NCBI GenBank assembly: GCA_903916595.1
Contig: CAIWXI010000055.1
Coordinates: forward strand, 7,870 to 71,869
Source of the DNA: an uncultured Bacteroidales bacterium
GTDB taxonomy: Bacteria > Bacteroidota > Bacteroidia > Bacteroidales > FEN-979
Reading direction: 5' to 3'
Length of the DNA: 64,000 bases
The translations under genes and the position numbers were made by a program. Positions 1 to 11,332 of this stretch are shown here, in pieces (the stretch's first letter is position 1; every line of letters starts with the position of its first letter). The notes under the pieces were generated by a model. It saw nothing but the letters and a program-made list of their open reading frames with translations, did no database searches and was not told the origin of the DNA.

Positions 1-989
1 ATGGAAATCAGGGTGGAAATAATAAAAGCATTTTTCTTCCCGACTTTTGTTGAAATAAAGGTAATAACAGGAATTACAAGAAATGCTGTTGCAATAGCGC
101 TTAAGGTGCCGAACCATGCAGGCCATTGTCCGGCGGCGGTGGTGTCGCCTTTAAACAAATAAAAAATAATGATAAAAAAAGCGAACTGGGCAATGGTCTG
201 AAATCCGTTAAATATCAAAAATGTCGCACCACACAGTTTTAAAAAAGGTTTATTTGTTATGATCTGCTTCATGCTTTTAAAAAGGACTTTCATATTATTA
301 AAAAACTCTTTAACAGACAGATTGATCCTGTTTGTTAAACGTTCCTGATTGATTTCCTTACAAAACAAGGCCGGCATGATTCCTAATATCAGGCACAAAG
401 CACCAACCCAGATCGACAGGTTACGGGCCCCTTCCGGAGCGCTAGCGTAAATATTTTTATCATAAATTATAACCCAGAACCATGGAGCGATCATCCACGC
501 GATCTGCCCCATGAATTGGGAAATTGCCATCAATCGTGTTCTTTCACTATAGTCGGGGGTCATTTCATATCCCAATCCAATAAGAGGTGCTGCAAAAATG
601 GTATACCCAACGTAAAAAAACAACGACATGATCAGAAAGAAGAAAAAGTTATAGGTCTGACCATTTTCAGGATATAACTGCCACATGATCACAAAGGCTA
701 TTCCTACGATAAAAGCCCCGATAAAAATATAGGGCTTCCGTCTTCCCCATCTGGAAACAGTATTATCAGAAACAAATCCCATCACCGGGTCAATCAAAGC
801 ATCAAATAGCCTTGGTAAAGCTGCCAGTAAACCTGCCAGAACAGGATTCATTTTTAATGACAAGACCAGAACGATCATAAAAACCCCCAAAGCGGCGGGT
901 AATAACTGATTGGTTAAATGGCCTGATCCAAAAGCAATTTTTTGCCCCAGTGGTACAACATCTTTCGGGTTTGTTTTGTAATGTTCCAT
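1..989 (-). CDS. GPH-family (MelB/YicJ-like) sugar:cation symporter, C-terminus cut by window edge
   Basis: Not in the ORF track because it is open at the window edge. My minus-strand translation from ATG 989 gives MEHYKTNPKDVVPLGQKIAFGSGHLTNQLL...LFDALIDPVMGFVSDNTVSRWGRRKPYIFIG. The D-P-x-x-G-x-x-S-D-x-T-x-x-R-W-G-R-R-K-P stretch matches the GPH family signature. Hydrophobic segments continue to position 1. Confidence 0.75.
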   Translation of the reverse strand, partial: MEHYKTNPKDVVPLGQKIAFGSGHLTNQLLPAALGVFMIVLVLSLKMNPVLAGLLAALPRLFDALIDPVMGFVSDNTVSRWGRRKPYIFIGAFIVGIAFVIMWQLYPENGQTYNFFFFLIMSLFFYVGYTIFAAPLIGLGYEMTPDYSERTRLMAISQFMGQIAWMIAPWFWVIIYDKNIYASAPEGARNLSIWVGALCLILGIMPALFCKEINQERLTNRINLSVKEFFNNMKVLFKSMKQIITNKPFLKLCGATFLIFNGFQTIAQFAFFIIIFYLFKGDTTAAGQWPAWFGTLSAIATAFLVIPVITFISTKVGKKNAFIISTLIS

Positions 990-998
990 AGTTAGTGT

Positions 999-3900
999 TT
1001 AAAGAGGGGTGTTAAATGAAACTTCTACCCGGACGATTTCTCCTGTACGTTGAAATATTTTTGAACTCATTTCTCTCCCGATGGTATGATCTTCTATAGA
1101 AATCTGTTTTCCGTCGGCGAATGTGACAGAAGTTTTATCTTCGTTTGAGGCAGTGTATAAAACCGGGACCTGGCAGAAAGTAAATCCCAGTTGTCCCTGT
1201 TGAAGGATGATCTGCTGCTGTTCTCCCTTCAGGTCAAAGTATGCGAACGTAGTATCCTGATTCAGCAATTCAGCGGGATCAAGCAATCCGGACCGGAATA
1301 CAATTTCTCCATCCTGTATATGAACCCCTATTTCTCTCATTCGTGATATGAAGTCTTCCTTTACCTGTCCGGTCATGCCTGGTTGCTGCGCACCTGCATT
1401 TCCGGGTGTATGCGAATAGGCATCCGTTGGAAACGCACCGTATAAGCCGGGCGATTTATGTAAGCCTATTCCTGCCTTAATTTCGGAATAGTGATCTTTG
1501 ATTTTGCCAACCAAAGCACGATCATCGCCTTCATACACTCCTTTGAGCCAGCACTCCTGGGCGGCAAGCAATAATTTAGCAACCATGTGCCAGTATATGC
1601 TTCCCAATCCTTCGTACCCATAAAAAGTGCCCGAGCGGCCGGTGAACGACTGGTGGTCGAAAAGCTCTTCGAAAATTGCCAGGACTTTTTCCTTTTCTTC
1701 GGCAAGAAGCGAGCCGTATGCAGCAGGATCCAACTGTTCCAGGGCTTTTTCAAGAACGGCAGCATTACGGAATGACCCGTTAAAGTGAAAATCACCCAGG
1801 TCATCTTTACTTAAGATTGTGGAATCGGAACAGTCAATTAATTTGCTCAGAAGTTTTGATTCATTAACCTTGCTGGCGGGGATATTGTTTTTCAGGGTAA
1901 AAAGAGGCAATTGCCTGTCGGGATAAAGCAGGTAACTATACTGATCATGACGAAACAAACTGCTGCATTTCAGCGAATCGAGCACCTCAAGACTTTCCTG
2001 AACCGACAGATAGCCGGAACTTAAAACAGCCACCTGTCCTTCGAGCATTTCGTACAGATGCCTGATTGATATGCTTTTCTCGGAGAATGAAATCAGGTTG
2101 TAAGCATGATAAAGTCCGTCGCTGCGTTTGTTAACTTTTATGCTTTGATCCATATAATCTAAAGAGAGCCGGATAAAATCACACAAGGCTTTGACCGGCA
2201 CAGGCTTTTTCCTGCCCGAAAAGGATTTTTCGTAAATAGAGTTTCTGTAATCGCTTCCCGCTTCACCAAGACCATCGGTAAAACGCCGTCTTTCGGCATT
2301 TGAAAACCCGGTTCCGAGCAAGGCTGTATTTTCAGTAAAAAGGGTAAATATCCTGTTGAATAATGTTTCGACTTCTTCTGAAACAGGTATTTCTCTGCTG
2401 TCATACTCATTGAGCTTTTCGGACCAGAATTTCAGGAAACGCCTTAAATAATAAAGGGTAACCATCGAAGCCCCGTTGCCCACGAGGGCATTGTTGGCAT
2501 CGTTCCATTCGGGCCGCTGGGTGTTAAGCCAGATGCCGGCTTCGGGTACGAAATTGCTGATCTTGGCCAACAGGGTGACCAGGATTTTCTCAGTCAGGTT
2601 AACCCTGTAGATCTGATGATCCCTGCCTCTCAGCAAAGCGCCGTCAGCCCCGGTTTTTCTTATCAGGTCCCTGATTTTATCATTTAAGGCAAAATCAAAG
2701 ACAATAGTTTGCTTCGGCTTTTTTACAATTTCGGCATATGGTTTTATGCGGTAAGGTACATTAGCATATACAAACATTTCCTTTTTCAACAAGGCATCCA
2801 GGGCGCCCGGATGAAACTCATCGGATAACTCGAGAAATTTCTGGAGGTAAATAATCTGGTGGTCTCCCCAGTAGCCAATGTAAGCCCAGGGGTCGTGCGG
2901 GTCAGGGCATTCCCAGTCCATACCCTCGCGGGTTATGCGGTACGGATTATAGCCGTCGGCAGTTGTAGCATTGACGAATTTGCTGATCATGCCTTCGATA
3001 AACTCAGGAAATGAAAGGCTGAGAGCTTCCCAGTTTTGAAAAATGTCGCGCCAGTTTCCCTGGTAATTTAATTTTACCGAGCCATCCGGGTTTTTTGTTT
3101 CAATTGAGAACTGGTTCCACGGGCGGCTTGGATCGCCATGCCTGCGGCTGAAGGTGAGGGGCAGATATTCCCGGCAGATCCGGATCAGGTCAAAATCGGA
3201 GGTGCTTTCGGCAAGCCGAATCAGTTCAGGATAATCTATCGTTACAGGAAGATGATCGAGCCATGCTTTATGTTTTACTGATATATCCTTGTTAATTTGC
3301 CCCACGAACAGGATAAAATCTGTTTTATCAAGAGTGTAATTGGAAGTGAAAATTCCACCCCTCATTATACTGAATAAGGTATTGGAAAAATGGCGGGCAC
3401 AGCTTAACTCATCATGGCCCATTTGCATTCCATCGGCTTTGGAAACAATTTGCTTCAGGTTCGATGTTCCTTTTTCGATATCAGCTTCAACCAATTGTTT
3501 TATGTTATTCCTGGTTTTAATGGCATGACTGAGGTTTGCAACATCTCCGCTTTCCTGGTTTATTTCGGCGATGATCATCCATTCTTTTTGGGCATTTGGC
3601 TGAAGCTTAAAGCCTGCATTCACGTAATATGCGCCGCGGACGGCCCTTATGTCGGTTTCTGTGTCAACAGCCTGACCTTGTTTGAAAGGCTCAACCTGCC
3701 TGTCTGAAAGAAGGACCTTTGCCGACTGATCCGATCCGCAGGACCAGACCGTTGTAGCTTTGAGGGATTCACTTGGTTCGGCGCGATCGACCGGGATAGA
3801 GCTCAGCATGTATAATCCGAGTCTGGTTTCTTCGATCAATTCACATTTTTTGTAGGCATCAAGTAAACAGCTGAATGTATTCTGGAAATCGGAATCCACG

Positions 3901-4463
3901 TCATTCGGCAGAATATTTCTGATCCCGTCGAGTACATCTACATTAACTGAAACGGCATTCAGATTGCTGACAACCGACTTTTTCACGAACCCGAACTTCT
4001 CGCTGCTGAACCATCCGTAACGAAACCCCACACCCAGGTCAGCATTAATCTCTTCGAATATGATTTTATTGCCGTAAATGTTTTTATAAAGATTTCGTTC
4101 AATTGTGTAAATTTTTTCCGATTCGGTTGAAAAAGGTTCCCATAAATACGTTTTCTCATCCATACCTACAAGCAGGTATGTTTTACTTCCGGTAATGCCT
4201 TTGGCATCGTATATTTTATCGACAGTATAATAGGGGAACAAAGCGTTATTACTGTCTTTCCTTCCGGCCGACAGCGAGCCGTTGCTCGAAATGAACATCC
4301 AGTGATCGGAGCTACTCACAATGGTCATAAAGAAATCGGGCATCTGGTTGCTGTTGCTGATTTTGTAGAATTTCTCGTTTTCAAGTACCACAAACCGGCC
4401 TTCGACCTTAACACTGTTGTAATTTATCTTAGCGTTTCCCAGATAAATGTTTTTGTTATTCAT
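999..4463 (-). CDS. large cytoplasmic protein, possibly a GH94-like (alpha/alpha)6 glycoside phosphorylase/hydrolase
   Basis: 1154-aa ORF whose stop lies 9 nt before the symporter start, suggesting an operon. Resemblance is motif-level only: GNWRDIFQNWE and PEWNDANNAL recall the RD..Q and DWND catalytic-region motifs of GH94-type phosphorylases. No signal peptide. Confidence 0.4.
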   Translation of the reverse strand: MNNKNIYLGNAKINYNSVKVEGRFVVLENEKFYKISNSNQMPDFFMTIVSSSDHWMFISSNGSLSAGRKDSNNALFPYYTVDKIYDAKGITGSKTYLLVGMDEKTYLWEPFSTESEKIYTIERNLYKNIYGNKIIFEEINADLGVGFRYGWFSSEKFGFVKKSVVSNLNAVSVNVDVLDGIRNILPNDVDSDFQNTFSCLLDAYKKCELIEETRLGLYMLSSIPVDRAEPSESLKATTVWSCGSDQSAKVLLSDRQVEPFKQGQAVDTETDIRAVRGAYYVNAGFKLQPNAQKEWMIIAEINQESGDVANLSHAIKTRNNIKQLVEADIEKGTSNLKQIVSKADGMQMGHDELSCARHFSNTLFSIMRGGIFTSNYTLDKTDFILFVGQINKDISVKHKAWLDHLPVTIDYPELIRLAESTSDFDLIRICREYLPLTFSRRHGDPSRPWNQFSIETKNPDGSVKLNYQGNWRDIFQNWEALSLSFPEFIEGMISKFVNATTADGYNPYRITREGMDWECPDPHDPWAYIGYWGDHQIIYLQKFLELSDEFHPGALDALLKKEMFVYANVPYRIKPYAEIVKKPKQTIVFDFALNDKIRDLIRKTGADGALLRGRDHQIYRVNLTEKILVTLLAKISNFVPEAGIWLNTQRPEWNDANNALVGNGASMVTLYYLRRFLKFWSEKLNEYDSREIPVSEEVETLFNRIFTLFTENTALLGTGFSNAERRRFTDGLGEAGSDYRNSIYEKSFSGRKKPVPVKALCDFIRLSLDYMDQSIKVNKRSDGLYHAYNLISFSEKSISIRHLYEMLEGQVAVLSSGYLSVQESLEVLDSLKCSSLFRHDQYSYLLYPDRQLPLFTLKNNIPASKVNESKLLSKLIDCSDSTILSKDDLGDFHFNGSFRNAAVLEKALEQLDPAAYGSLLAEEKEKVLAIFEELFDHQSFTGRSGTFYGYEGLGSIYWHMVAKLLLAAQECWLKGVYEGDDRALVGKIKDHYSEIKAGIGLHKSPGLYGAFPTDAYSHTPGNAGAQQPGMTGQVKEDFISRMREIGVHIQDGEIVFRSGLLDPAELLNQDTTFAYFDLKGEQQQIILQQGQLGFTFCQVPVLYTASNEDKTSVTFADGKQISIEDHTIGREMSSKIFQRTGEIVRVEVSFNTPL

Positions 4464-4773
4464 CGTACTAAGTTAAGCAATGATAGTTTATAACTTATTG
4501 GCAAACATATCTTATTATTAAAGCGATTAAAAATAATCAGGTGCATCAAATATGCAGCAACTCATTACTGACTACTACATCAATATTACATCAGCAGTAC
4601 ATCATAAACCTCAGATTTGCCATATTGTAGCTGGTCGTATAGAAAATTTCAGTAAGTTTGTGTAATAGCTTTATACTTTATTTTTTATTCGCTGTAAAAG
4701 TAGTATTTTAGTTGGAAATATCGGAGCAAGCAACTCATGGTTCTGCCGGCTAAATTGTCTAATTATCAATACA

Positions 4774-5874
4774 ATGATCATGGAAATAATTACGAATGCC
4801 AGCCTTCGCTACGTAAAGGTTAAAGGCAGGCTTGACGCAACGAACAGCAATGAACTGGATCAGACGCTGATGGCATTGACCGGGATTGAACAGGATCTCG
4901 TCATTGACATGACGGAATGTACTTACGTGTCAAGTGCAGGGATCAGGATACTTTTAAAGACAAAGAAGAAGATGCTGACGGTACAAAGCGAACTTTTTCT
5001 GGCCGTAGTGGCTCCTGAAGTTTTCAGGGTTTTTGAGATTGCCGGACTTGACAGCATATTCCGTTTCGAAGCCACTCTTGATGCAGCCCTGGCGCTTTTA
5101 GAAGCTGGCAGGCTGAGGAAGTTGGGGGTCAGCGAGATTGCAATAGGTCATCACAGGCTGATATACCATCCTGAGGGAGATGACAGGATCAAGGGGAAAT
5201 ACATTAACACAAGGAAGGACACAAGTATCGACGAACTCGGTTACGCGGTAGGTTTCGGATCGCTATCTGCAACTGAGGCCGGGGCTTCGGGTTGTCCGGA
5301 TTTCTTTATTTCCACAAAAAAAGGTATTGCTTTTCTGCCTCCGGAGAATTTGGGGGATCCCGACTTCAGGATGATATCCAGTCCCGCGAAGGCTGTTTTT
5401 CCGGTATGCGAGGCTCTGTCGTTTGGTTCAGGCCTCACGGGCATGCTCAAACTTGCTTCTCCGGGTTTGCTTACATTCAGCCAGGTAAATGAAGCGGTTA
5501 ACGGATTGATCAAAAACATCTTTTTACCGGGCTCCATAACCCTGAGGGTAGTGGTTAATTTTGATAAAAGCGCACCTACGGTCAGTATTTTCCTTGCCAA
5601 TGACGAAAACCTTGCAGGCATTATCAGTAAAACCGGTTTGAAAATGTTTGGTGACCTGCTCAGGGAAGGCGACGGAAAGAAAGCCTATATCGGGACCACG
5701 ATTCATTTATCGGGTCTGGAGCTGCCTCCAGCGGAAACTTCGCCGGAAGAGATCCTGATACATAACTTCACGTTTGAAAACCTGAGGGCGATCAAGCCGT
5801 TCAGCATTGGCAACTTCCTTCAAAATCCTGTGATCTGGCTTATCAATGCCGGCAATTTCGAGCGGAATAGCTGA
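4774..5874 (+). CDS. STAS-domain (SpoIIAA-like) fusion protein with unrecognised C-terminal domain
   Basis: The N-terminal ~110 aa (VKVKGRLDATNSNELDQ...CTYVSSAGIRILL...FRVFEIAGLDSIF) fits the STAS anti-sigma-antagonist pattern. The remaining ~250 aa were not recognised. Confidence 0.6.
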   Translation: MIMEIITNASLRYVKVKGRLDATNSNELDQTLMALTGIEQDLVIDMTECTYVSSAGIRILLKTKKKMLTVQSELFLAVVAPEVFRVFEIAGLDSIFRFEATLDAALALLEAGRLRKLGVSEIAIGHHRLIYHPEGDDRIKGKYINTRKDTSIDELGYAVGFGSLSATEAGASGCPDFFISTKKGIAFLPPENLGDPDFRMISSPAKAVFPVCEALSFGSGLTGMLKLASPGLLTFSQVNEAVNGLIKNIFLPGSITLRVVVNFDKSAPTVSIFLANDENLAGIISKTGLKMFGDLLREGDGKKAYIGTTIHLSGLELPPAETSPEEILIHNFTFENLRAIKPFSIGNFLQNPVIWLINAGNFERNS

Positions 5875-5887
5875 GGTGTTCCGGAGC

Positions 5888-7069
5888 CTATTGTAACAAT
5901 CGGTGAGGTATTGAAAAGAAGAATGTGCTGCCCTGGTCCACTACCGATTGAACCCAGATATTCCCTTTAAGTGCTTCAACGTAGGCTTTTGCGATGGATA
6001 GGCCAATTCCAGCACCTTCATGCCCCCGGCTCAAGCTCAAATCAGCCTGAACAAATCGATCAAAAACAGCTTCTATCCGATTAGATGGTATGCCAATACC
6101 GCTATCTTTTACATAAAACACGATAGTGTCATTATCAAGGTAATTGCCAAATTCGATGGTACCCTGCGAAGTAAAAAGAATAGCGTTTTTTAGCAGGTTT
6201 GTTATAATACGATCCAGTTTGAGCTTGTCGGTTTGGACGATGGCGGAGGTTCCTGTAATCTGTTCCGCAATAATCAGTTCCAGTAGTTTCTCCTCAGCCT
6301 GGGGCATAAAAAACTCATAATGGAACTGCATAACTTCCATGATATTTACTTCTGAAAATGACAGTATCGATTTTTCTGCTTCAATAGTTGATAACTCTAT
6401 GATGTCGTTTATAGTATTAAGTAAACGCTGCCCGCTTGAATGAACCATAGTGGAAAAATCTTTTTTTCTTGCTTCATCAAGATCCACCTTATCCAGTAAT
6501 TGTAAGAAGCCAAATATACCGTTCAGCGGAGTCCTTATTTCGTGGGAGATATTAATCAAAAAGGCTGATTTAAGCCGGTCGCTTTCTTCGGCCTTCTCTT
6601 TGGCTTTATTTAATTCAGCAGTCCTTTCAAGAACCTTTACTTCAAGCGATTGGTTCAGGTTTTCGAGTTGTTCCATTTGATTTTTAATGGATAAATGTGT
6701 TTTAACCCGCATGATCAACTCTCTGCTGTCGAAGGGCTTGGTGATGTAATCCTGTGCGCCTATTTCAAATCCTTTTAAAACACTTTCCCTGAAGGTTTCA
6801 GCAGTGAGAAAGATAACCGGCATTTTATCCATTTTGTGGTCGGATCTTATTTTTTTACATACTTCAAATCCATCCATCCCCGGCATGTTAATATCCAGTA
6901 ATATCAGATCAAACGGTTTTATCTCCAACCATTCAAGAGCAGCGCTGCCGTTAATCGCAAACTCTAATTCATACTGCTCATTCTGAAGGAATTTCCCGAG
7001 GACCTGAAGGTTCTTCGGATTATCATCCACGATCAAAATACGGTTTGTAACAGTTGTATGATCATCCAT
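5888..7069 (-). CDS. receiver domain fused to histidine kinase (REC-HisKA-HATPase)
   Basis: Receiver (ILIVDDNPKN...LILLDINMPGMDG...TKP), H-box SHEIRTPLNGI and ATPase G-boxes DSGIGIP and GAGIGLSI. Confidence 0.85.
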   Translation of the reverse strand: MDDHTTVTNRILIVDDNPKNLQVLGKFLQNEQYELEFAINGSAALEWLEIKPFDLILLDINMPGMDGFEVCKKIRSDHKMDKMPVIFLTAETFRESVLKGFEIGAQDYITKPFDSRELIMRVKTHLSIKNQMEQLENLNQSLEVKVLERTAELNKAKEKAEESDRLKSAFLINISHEIRTPLNGIFGFLQLLDKVDLDEARKKDFSTMVHSSGQRLLNTINDIIELSTIEAEKSILSFSEVNIMEVMQFHYEFFMPQAEEKLLELIIAEQITGTSAIVQTDKLKLDRIITNLLKNAILFTSQGTIEFGNYLDNDTIVFYVKDSGIGIPSNRIEAVFDRFVQADLSLSRGHEGAGIGLSIAKAYVEALKGNIWVQSVVDQGSTFFFSIPHRLLQ

Positions 7070-7085
7070 AGTTGGGCGGCTGTAT

Positions 7086-10000
7086 CTAAAGTAATGCCTT
7101 TAATTTATTTACCAGTTCGGGAAACTTATTGATGAGCACCAGGATTCGTTCGATATCAAAGTTATTTGCAGCATGCATCATTTCTTCCCCGAAGCGGATA
7201 ATACTTTTTGCATTATGAGTATTGCCAAGAGTTATTAAGCCGTCGCCAAATTCCTTTATTTCAGCAAGGGGTTGCCGGTTTGCAAAGGCTGCACATTTTT
7301 CTGTAAACCCGGTTTCAAGCGCTTGAACAAGTTCCTTTACCCTATAAACATCCTCCTTATAATCAGTATTCAAAAGAGTAGGACCAGCAGGCTGTTTTTC
7401 CTTCGATGTATAAGGCAGATGCCTGCACAATTCTTTATACAATTCGCTTACAAGAACAGGCTTTAACAATAAACCGGCGAAATCATTTTCAAAAATGCGG
7501 ACCTTACTGGTTTTCATTGCCGAAGCTGTATAGGCGATGACCGGAACATGCCGGAGGGCTTCATCTTGCCTGATCAGTTTCAATAATGCGAAACCATCCA
7601 TCTTTGACATCCTGATGTCGGCAATGATCAGCTGAGGAAGTTCCTTTTTGGCTATAGTAAGCGCCTGATTACCGTTCGAAGCCATAATTACGGTAATCCC
7701 TGAATTTTTCAAGGCGTCTTTCAGATAATTCCGATTTTCTTTATTATCATCAACGACCAGAACTAAGCTTTTTTCAAATACTATTAACTCGGGGCTGAAA
7801 TCATTCTCGGGCATTTTTCGTTCAATATCATTATGGCAAGCCACTTCAGGGATGATCACCTTAAACGTACTGCCCTTGTTCAATGAAGAGGTAAGGCTTA
7901 CCGATCCGCCCATAAGACTGACAAGCCGTTTTGTGATCGCAAGCCCCAGTCCTGTCCCTTGTGTTTTTCTGTCATCCGCCTGTACGAATTCATTGAATAT
8001 ATTTTCCTGAAGCCCAACAGGTATGCCAATTCCCGTATCCTGCACTTCTATTACCAGGCTTGCAAAAGTGTCGGAATTGTAAGGAGAATGTTCGACAATC
8101 CTTAAGTTTTCGGGATACACTTTTAGTCTGATCCTGCCTTTATCGGTGAATTTAATGGCATTACCAATCAAATTTGAAATGATTTGCGATAGCCTGATTT
8201 CATCAATATACAAGCCTGCAGGCGTCGATGGAGCTATTTCCAGCTTGTAGGCGATATTTTTTCTCTCAAATCCCGGGGAGAAGATTCTTTGGAATTGCGA
8301 AAAGAAAAGTTCAGTGCTGACAATTTCAAAATGAAGTTCCAGTTTCCCGGCTTCGATTTTTGATAAATCGAGAATATCATTAATAATTGTGAGAAGATTT
8401 TTACTGCTGGTTTTAATGGATGCGATGTATTCCTTATGCACTTTATTGGTAAGATCGGATTCAAGTATATCGGAATATCCTAAAATAGCATTCATCGGGG
8501 TGCGTATCTCGTGGCTCATGTTGGCCACAAACATGCTTTTCGCCCGGTTTGAGTCTTCCGCAACCTGTCGGGCAATACGTTCCTGTTCAGCCTGCTTGCT
8601 TTGGGTGATATCCCGTCCGATGGATTGAAATTCAATCACCTGATTCTGTTTATCGAAGATGGCGGTGTCGGTCCATTCCTGCCAGACAAAACTGCCATCA
8701 GGCATTTGAGTCTGATGGTTGGATGTGTGTGATGGATGGTTCGTGTTTATCTGCGTGAGTTGTTCGAGTATTTCCTTATGCAAAGTTTCAGGAATTAAGT
8801 CAAGAACTTTCATCCCGAGCAATTGAGTTTCGTTTTTACCAAAAGCCTTGCAGTATGGTTTGTTTACATAGGTAAGAGTAGTATCGGGCAGGAAACGGCA
8901 TATCATTTCCTGCTGGGTTTGAACCACCGAAGCAAGGAGCTGCTCATGCTGACGCAGTTTCTCAATAGAAATGCTACGCAGCTCCTCAACAGCGATACCG
9001 GCACAAATAATCTTCATGATCTGCTTGTCGTTTTCATCCGGCACGTAATCTCTGCAGTAAATCATGGCGAGCGAACCCAGCGGTTTATTTTCCAACAAAA
9101 CGGCAGATCCGATAAATGTTTTCATTTCGTGAAAATTGCAGGTATACCGTTTTTTTAAACGTGAAATCTCATCCGAAGTATAAAATAAAAATGAATCATC
9201 TTTAAGGTTTGTGAACAGATTAAAACACAGCTCACAGTTGCCTCTATGGTGTACATTAGTGTCTGCTTCACAATTTCCGATACAATGAATAAAATTTTGA
9301 TCCAGGCGGAAATAAGCAGCAACATCAGCCTTCATCAACTCCCCGCACAACTTTGTAAGAAGGTCAATGTTTTCCTTTGGGATGGTTCCGAAAGAGATAA
9401 AATTATCGGTGATCCTGGCTAACCTTTTACCGGATGTTTCAATTCTTTCGACCTGCCTGATAATGGTTTTGTTTTTTTTACGATTTACAACTTGTGCCAG
9501 CATCTGCTGAGCAAACAGACTGAAAATTATATCCCTGTCTTTATCCAAAGGTTCATAAAGCAGAACTCCTGATTCGAGAATACCCCCGGCGATGAACAGA
9601 GAAATATTATTTTGCAGATCGGTTAGCCTGATTCCATAAGTCTGCTTTAATGGAAGGATGGGACTTAATAATTCATAGTCGGAAGGCTCTATTGTAAGGA
9701 TATTTCCCGAAGCGTTTGATTCACACAGTGAAGATAAAACAGTATGTATTTTATGAAAGTCTTTTTCTGCTACCGATGCTCCTTCGATCCCGGCTAACTG
9801 TAGGTCAGGGGAGTCTGTGTCGATAATAATAGTCAGGCCCACTTCCACTTCAAAAATGTCGACCACAGATTCGGCAATGAATTTTGAGAATTCGTTATCC
9901 GACATTTCCAGCAGCGCTTTTTTATTGATAGCATGCATTCTTTTATGCATGGTAATTTCATGGTCGAGTCTGGTTCTGATATTGATCATTTGTTGCTCGA

Positions 10001-10109
10001 CCGCTGAAAACCTAGTAACTCTCAGCTGCAGATCGGTATATTTTTTAAGCAGATCTTCGTATGTTCCCGAGAATTCCGGTTTCGTTATTTGAAAATCATC
10101 AGTTTCCAA
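7086..10109 (-). CDS. hybrid sensor histidine kinase (GAF/PAS-HisKA-HATPase-REC-HPt-like)
   Basis: H-box [14 protein letters not shown], boxes [14 protein letters not shown] and GTGLGLAI, receiver [11 protein letters not shown]...[12 protein letters not shown], and a C-terminal HPt-like [11 protein letters not shown]. Confidence 0.85.
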   Translation of the reverse strand: METDDFQITKPEFSGTYEDLLKKYTDLQLRVTRFSAVEQQMINIRTRLDHEITMHKRMHAINKKALLEMSDNEFSKFIAESVVDIFEVEVGLTIIIDTDSPDLQLAGIEGASVAEKDFHKIHTVLSSLCESNASGNILTIEPSDYELLSPILPLKQTYGIRLTDLQNNISLFIAGGILESGVLLYEPLDKDRDIIFSLFAQQMLAQVVNRKKNKTIIRQVERIETSGKRLARITDNFISFGTIPKENIDLLTKLCGELMKADVAAYFRLDQNFIHCIGNCEADTNVHHRGNCELCFNLFTNLKDDSFLFYTSDEISRLKKRYTCNFHEMKTFIGSAVLLENKPLGSLAMIYCRDYVPDENDKQIMKIICAGIAVEELRSISIEKLRQHEQLLASVVQTQQEMICRFLPDTTLTYVNKPYCKAFGKNETQLLGMKVLDLIPETLHKEILEQLTQINTNHPSHTSNHQTQMPDGSFVWQEWTDTAIFDKQNQVIEFQSIGRDITQSKQAEQERIARQVAEDSNRAKSMFVANMSHEIRTPMNAILGYSDILESDLTNKVHKEYIASIKTSSKNLLTIINDILDLSKIEAGKLELHFEIVSTELFFSQFQRIFSPGFERKNIAYKLEIAPSTPAGLYIDEIRLSQIISNLIGNAIKFTDKGRIRLKVYPENLRIVEHSPYNSDTFASLVIEVQDTGIGIPVGLQENIFNEFVQADDRKTQGTGLGLAITKRLVSLMGGSVSLTSSLNKGSTFKVIIPEVACHNDIERKMPENDFSPELIVFEKSLVLVVDDNKENRNYLKDALKNSGITVIMASNGNQALTIAKKELPQLIIADIRMSKMDGFALLKLIRQDEALRHVPVIAYTASAMKTSKVRIFENDFAGLLLKPVLVSELYKELCRHLPYTSKEKQPAGPTLLNTDYKEDVYRVKELVQALETGFTEKCAAFANRQPLAEIKEFGDGLITLGNTHNAKSIIRFGEEMMHAANNFDIERILVLINKFPELVNKLKALL

Positions 10110-10120
10110 TATCCGTTATT

Positions 10121-11308
10121 TTATTTTCTGTATATGGCATACAGGGCAGTTGTGTAATTATGATACATATTCTTACCACCGAGGCGTGCAAATTCTCCGA
10201 AACCATACATCCCGAGCCAGGGGGGGCATTCACCGTCAACTGAAAAAGGGAATTGCATTCTGTTCACAAGTTCTTCTTTCAGCACACGGTTAAAAAGGAA
10301 TTTTCCCCGGGCCAGGCAGTCCGCATGAAAAACAGCAAGCAGTTTTCGCCCTTTTATTCTCTCAACCATCATATTCACCATCAGATCCATCTCTTTGAAG
10401 ATCAAATCCTCATCGCGGGTAGTCAACCATAATCTGGTGCCTTCCTTAATTGTTGTGGCATATAAAATTGCATCGCCTGCATGGTGGGTCACAACTCTGA
10501 GTATGTGACGGTTTCCGTATTCTTTTGCAAGTTCGGGAGTCAATTCTTCGGCCAGAGCCCCTATAGGAATCGAGTCTCCGCAACTTGCAGATTCAGGTAA
10601 TCCCAGTCTGTTTAAAAATTCAGTCCAGGCCGGTTTACCATCAAGCTCCAGTATTTTATAGCCCTCGGCTTTAGTCACGACCATCGGTTCGCCAATGGCT
10701 ACAAATCCATGAGTTGCCTGGGTATCTACGCTGAGACCGGGGTCGGAAAATCCAACCATAAAAGCCGAATGTTCAAAAACGTTCTCGTCAACAGCCTGAT
10801 AACTTATTACTCCATGCATGTTGTCGGATGAAGTGGCGCCGAAAACGGTCACTTTCTCACCAAATACCGATTCAATCCCTGCAATGCAGGCATCATTATC
10901 AATATCAATGCCTGAAGCCAGAAAATAGATCATGTTGATATCTTTATCCTGCGCATAAAGATCCGTGGCGATTTCATGGCATTTTTCATAGGAATTGTAG
11001 CCATAGATTCCATCGGAGTATGAAATAGCAAATTCTTTTCCACGTACAGCCATGATTGCGATATCTTTCATTGATTCGCTTACTCCCTCTTTCCCGACGA
11101 TCCCACAACACGAAGCTGCGACGACCCTTGCATTGGGTGCAAGCTGCTTAACCTGGTTGGTAAGTTCTGAAAAATTATGACCTATCGACGCATGGATAAC
11201 AACAAGATCGCAATCACTCATATCCTTGCCGAGAGCAGACTCCATGCATTCTGTAATGCCTCTTTTTGCATTAACAGCCCTTGTACTGGCAGAAAAAAAC
11301 TCTAACAT
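10121..11308 (-). CDS. FIST-domain sensory protein
   Basis: Soluble 395-aa protein at the head of the kinase operon. The layout and the C-terminal GMYGFGEF motif resemble FIST_N/FIST_C proteins as I recall them. Confidence 0.65.
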   Translation of the reverse strand: MLEFFSASTRAVNAKRGITECMESALGKDMSDCDLVVIHASIGHNFSELTNQVKQLAPNARVVAASCCGIVGKEGVSESMKDIAIMAVRGKEFAISYSDGIYGYNSYEKCHEIATDLYAQDKDINMIYFLASGIDIDNDACIAGIESVFGEKVTVFGATSSDNMHGVISYQAVDENVFEHSAFMVGFSDPGLSVDTQATHGFVAIGEPMVVTKAEGYKILELDGKPAWTEFLNRLGLPESASCGDSIPIGALAEELTPELAKEYGNRHILRVVTHHAGDAILYATTIKEGTRLWLTTRDEDLIFKEMDLMVNMMVERIKGRKLLAVFHADCLARGKFLFNRVLKEELVNRMQFPFSVDGECPPWLGMYGFGEFARLGGKNMYHNYTTALYAIYRK

Positions 11309-11332
11309 AATCTTCTCCTTTCTTTATGATCT

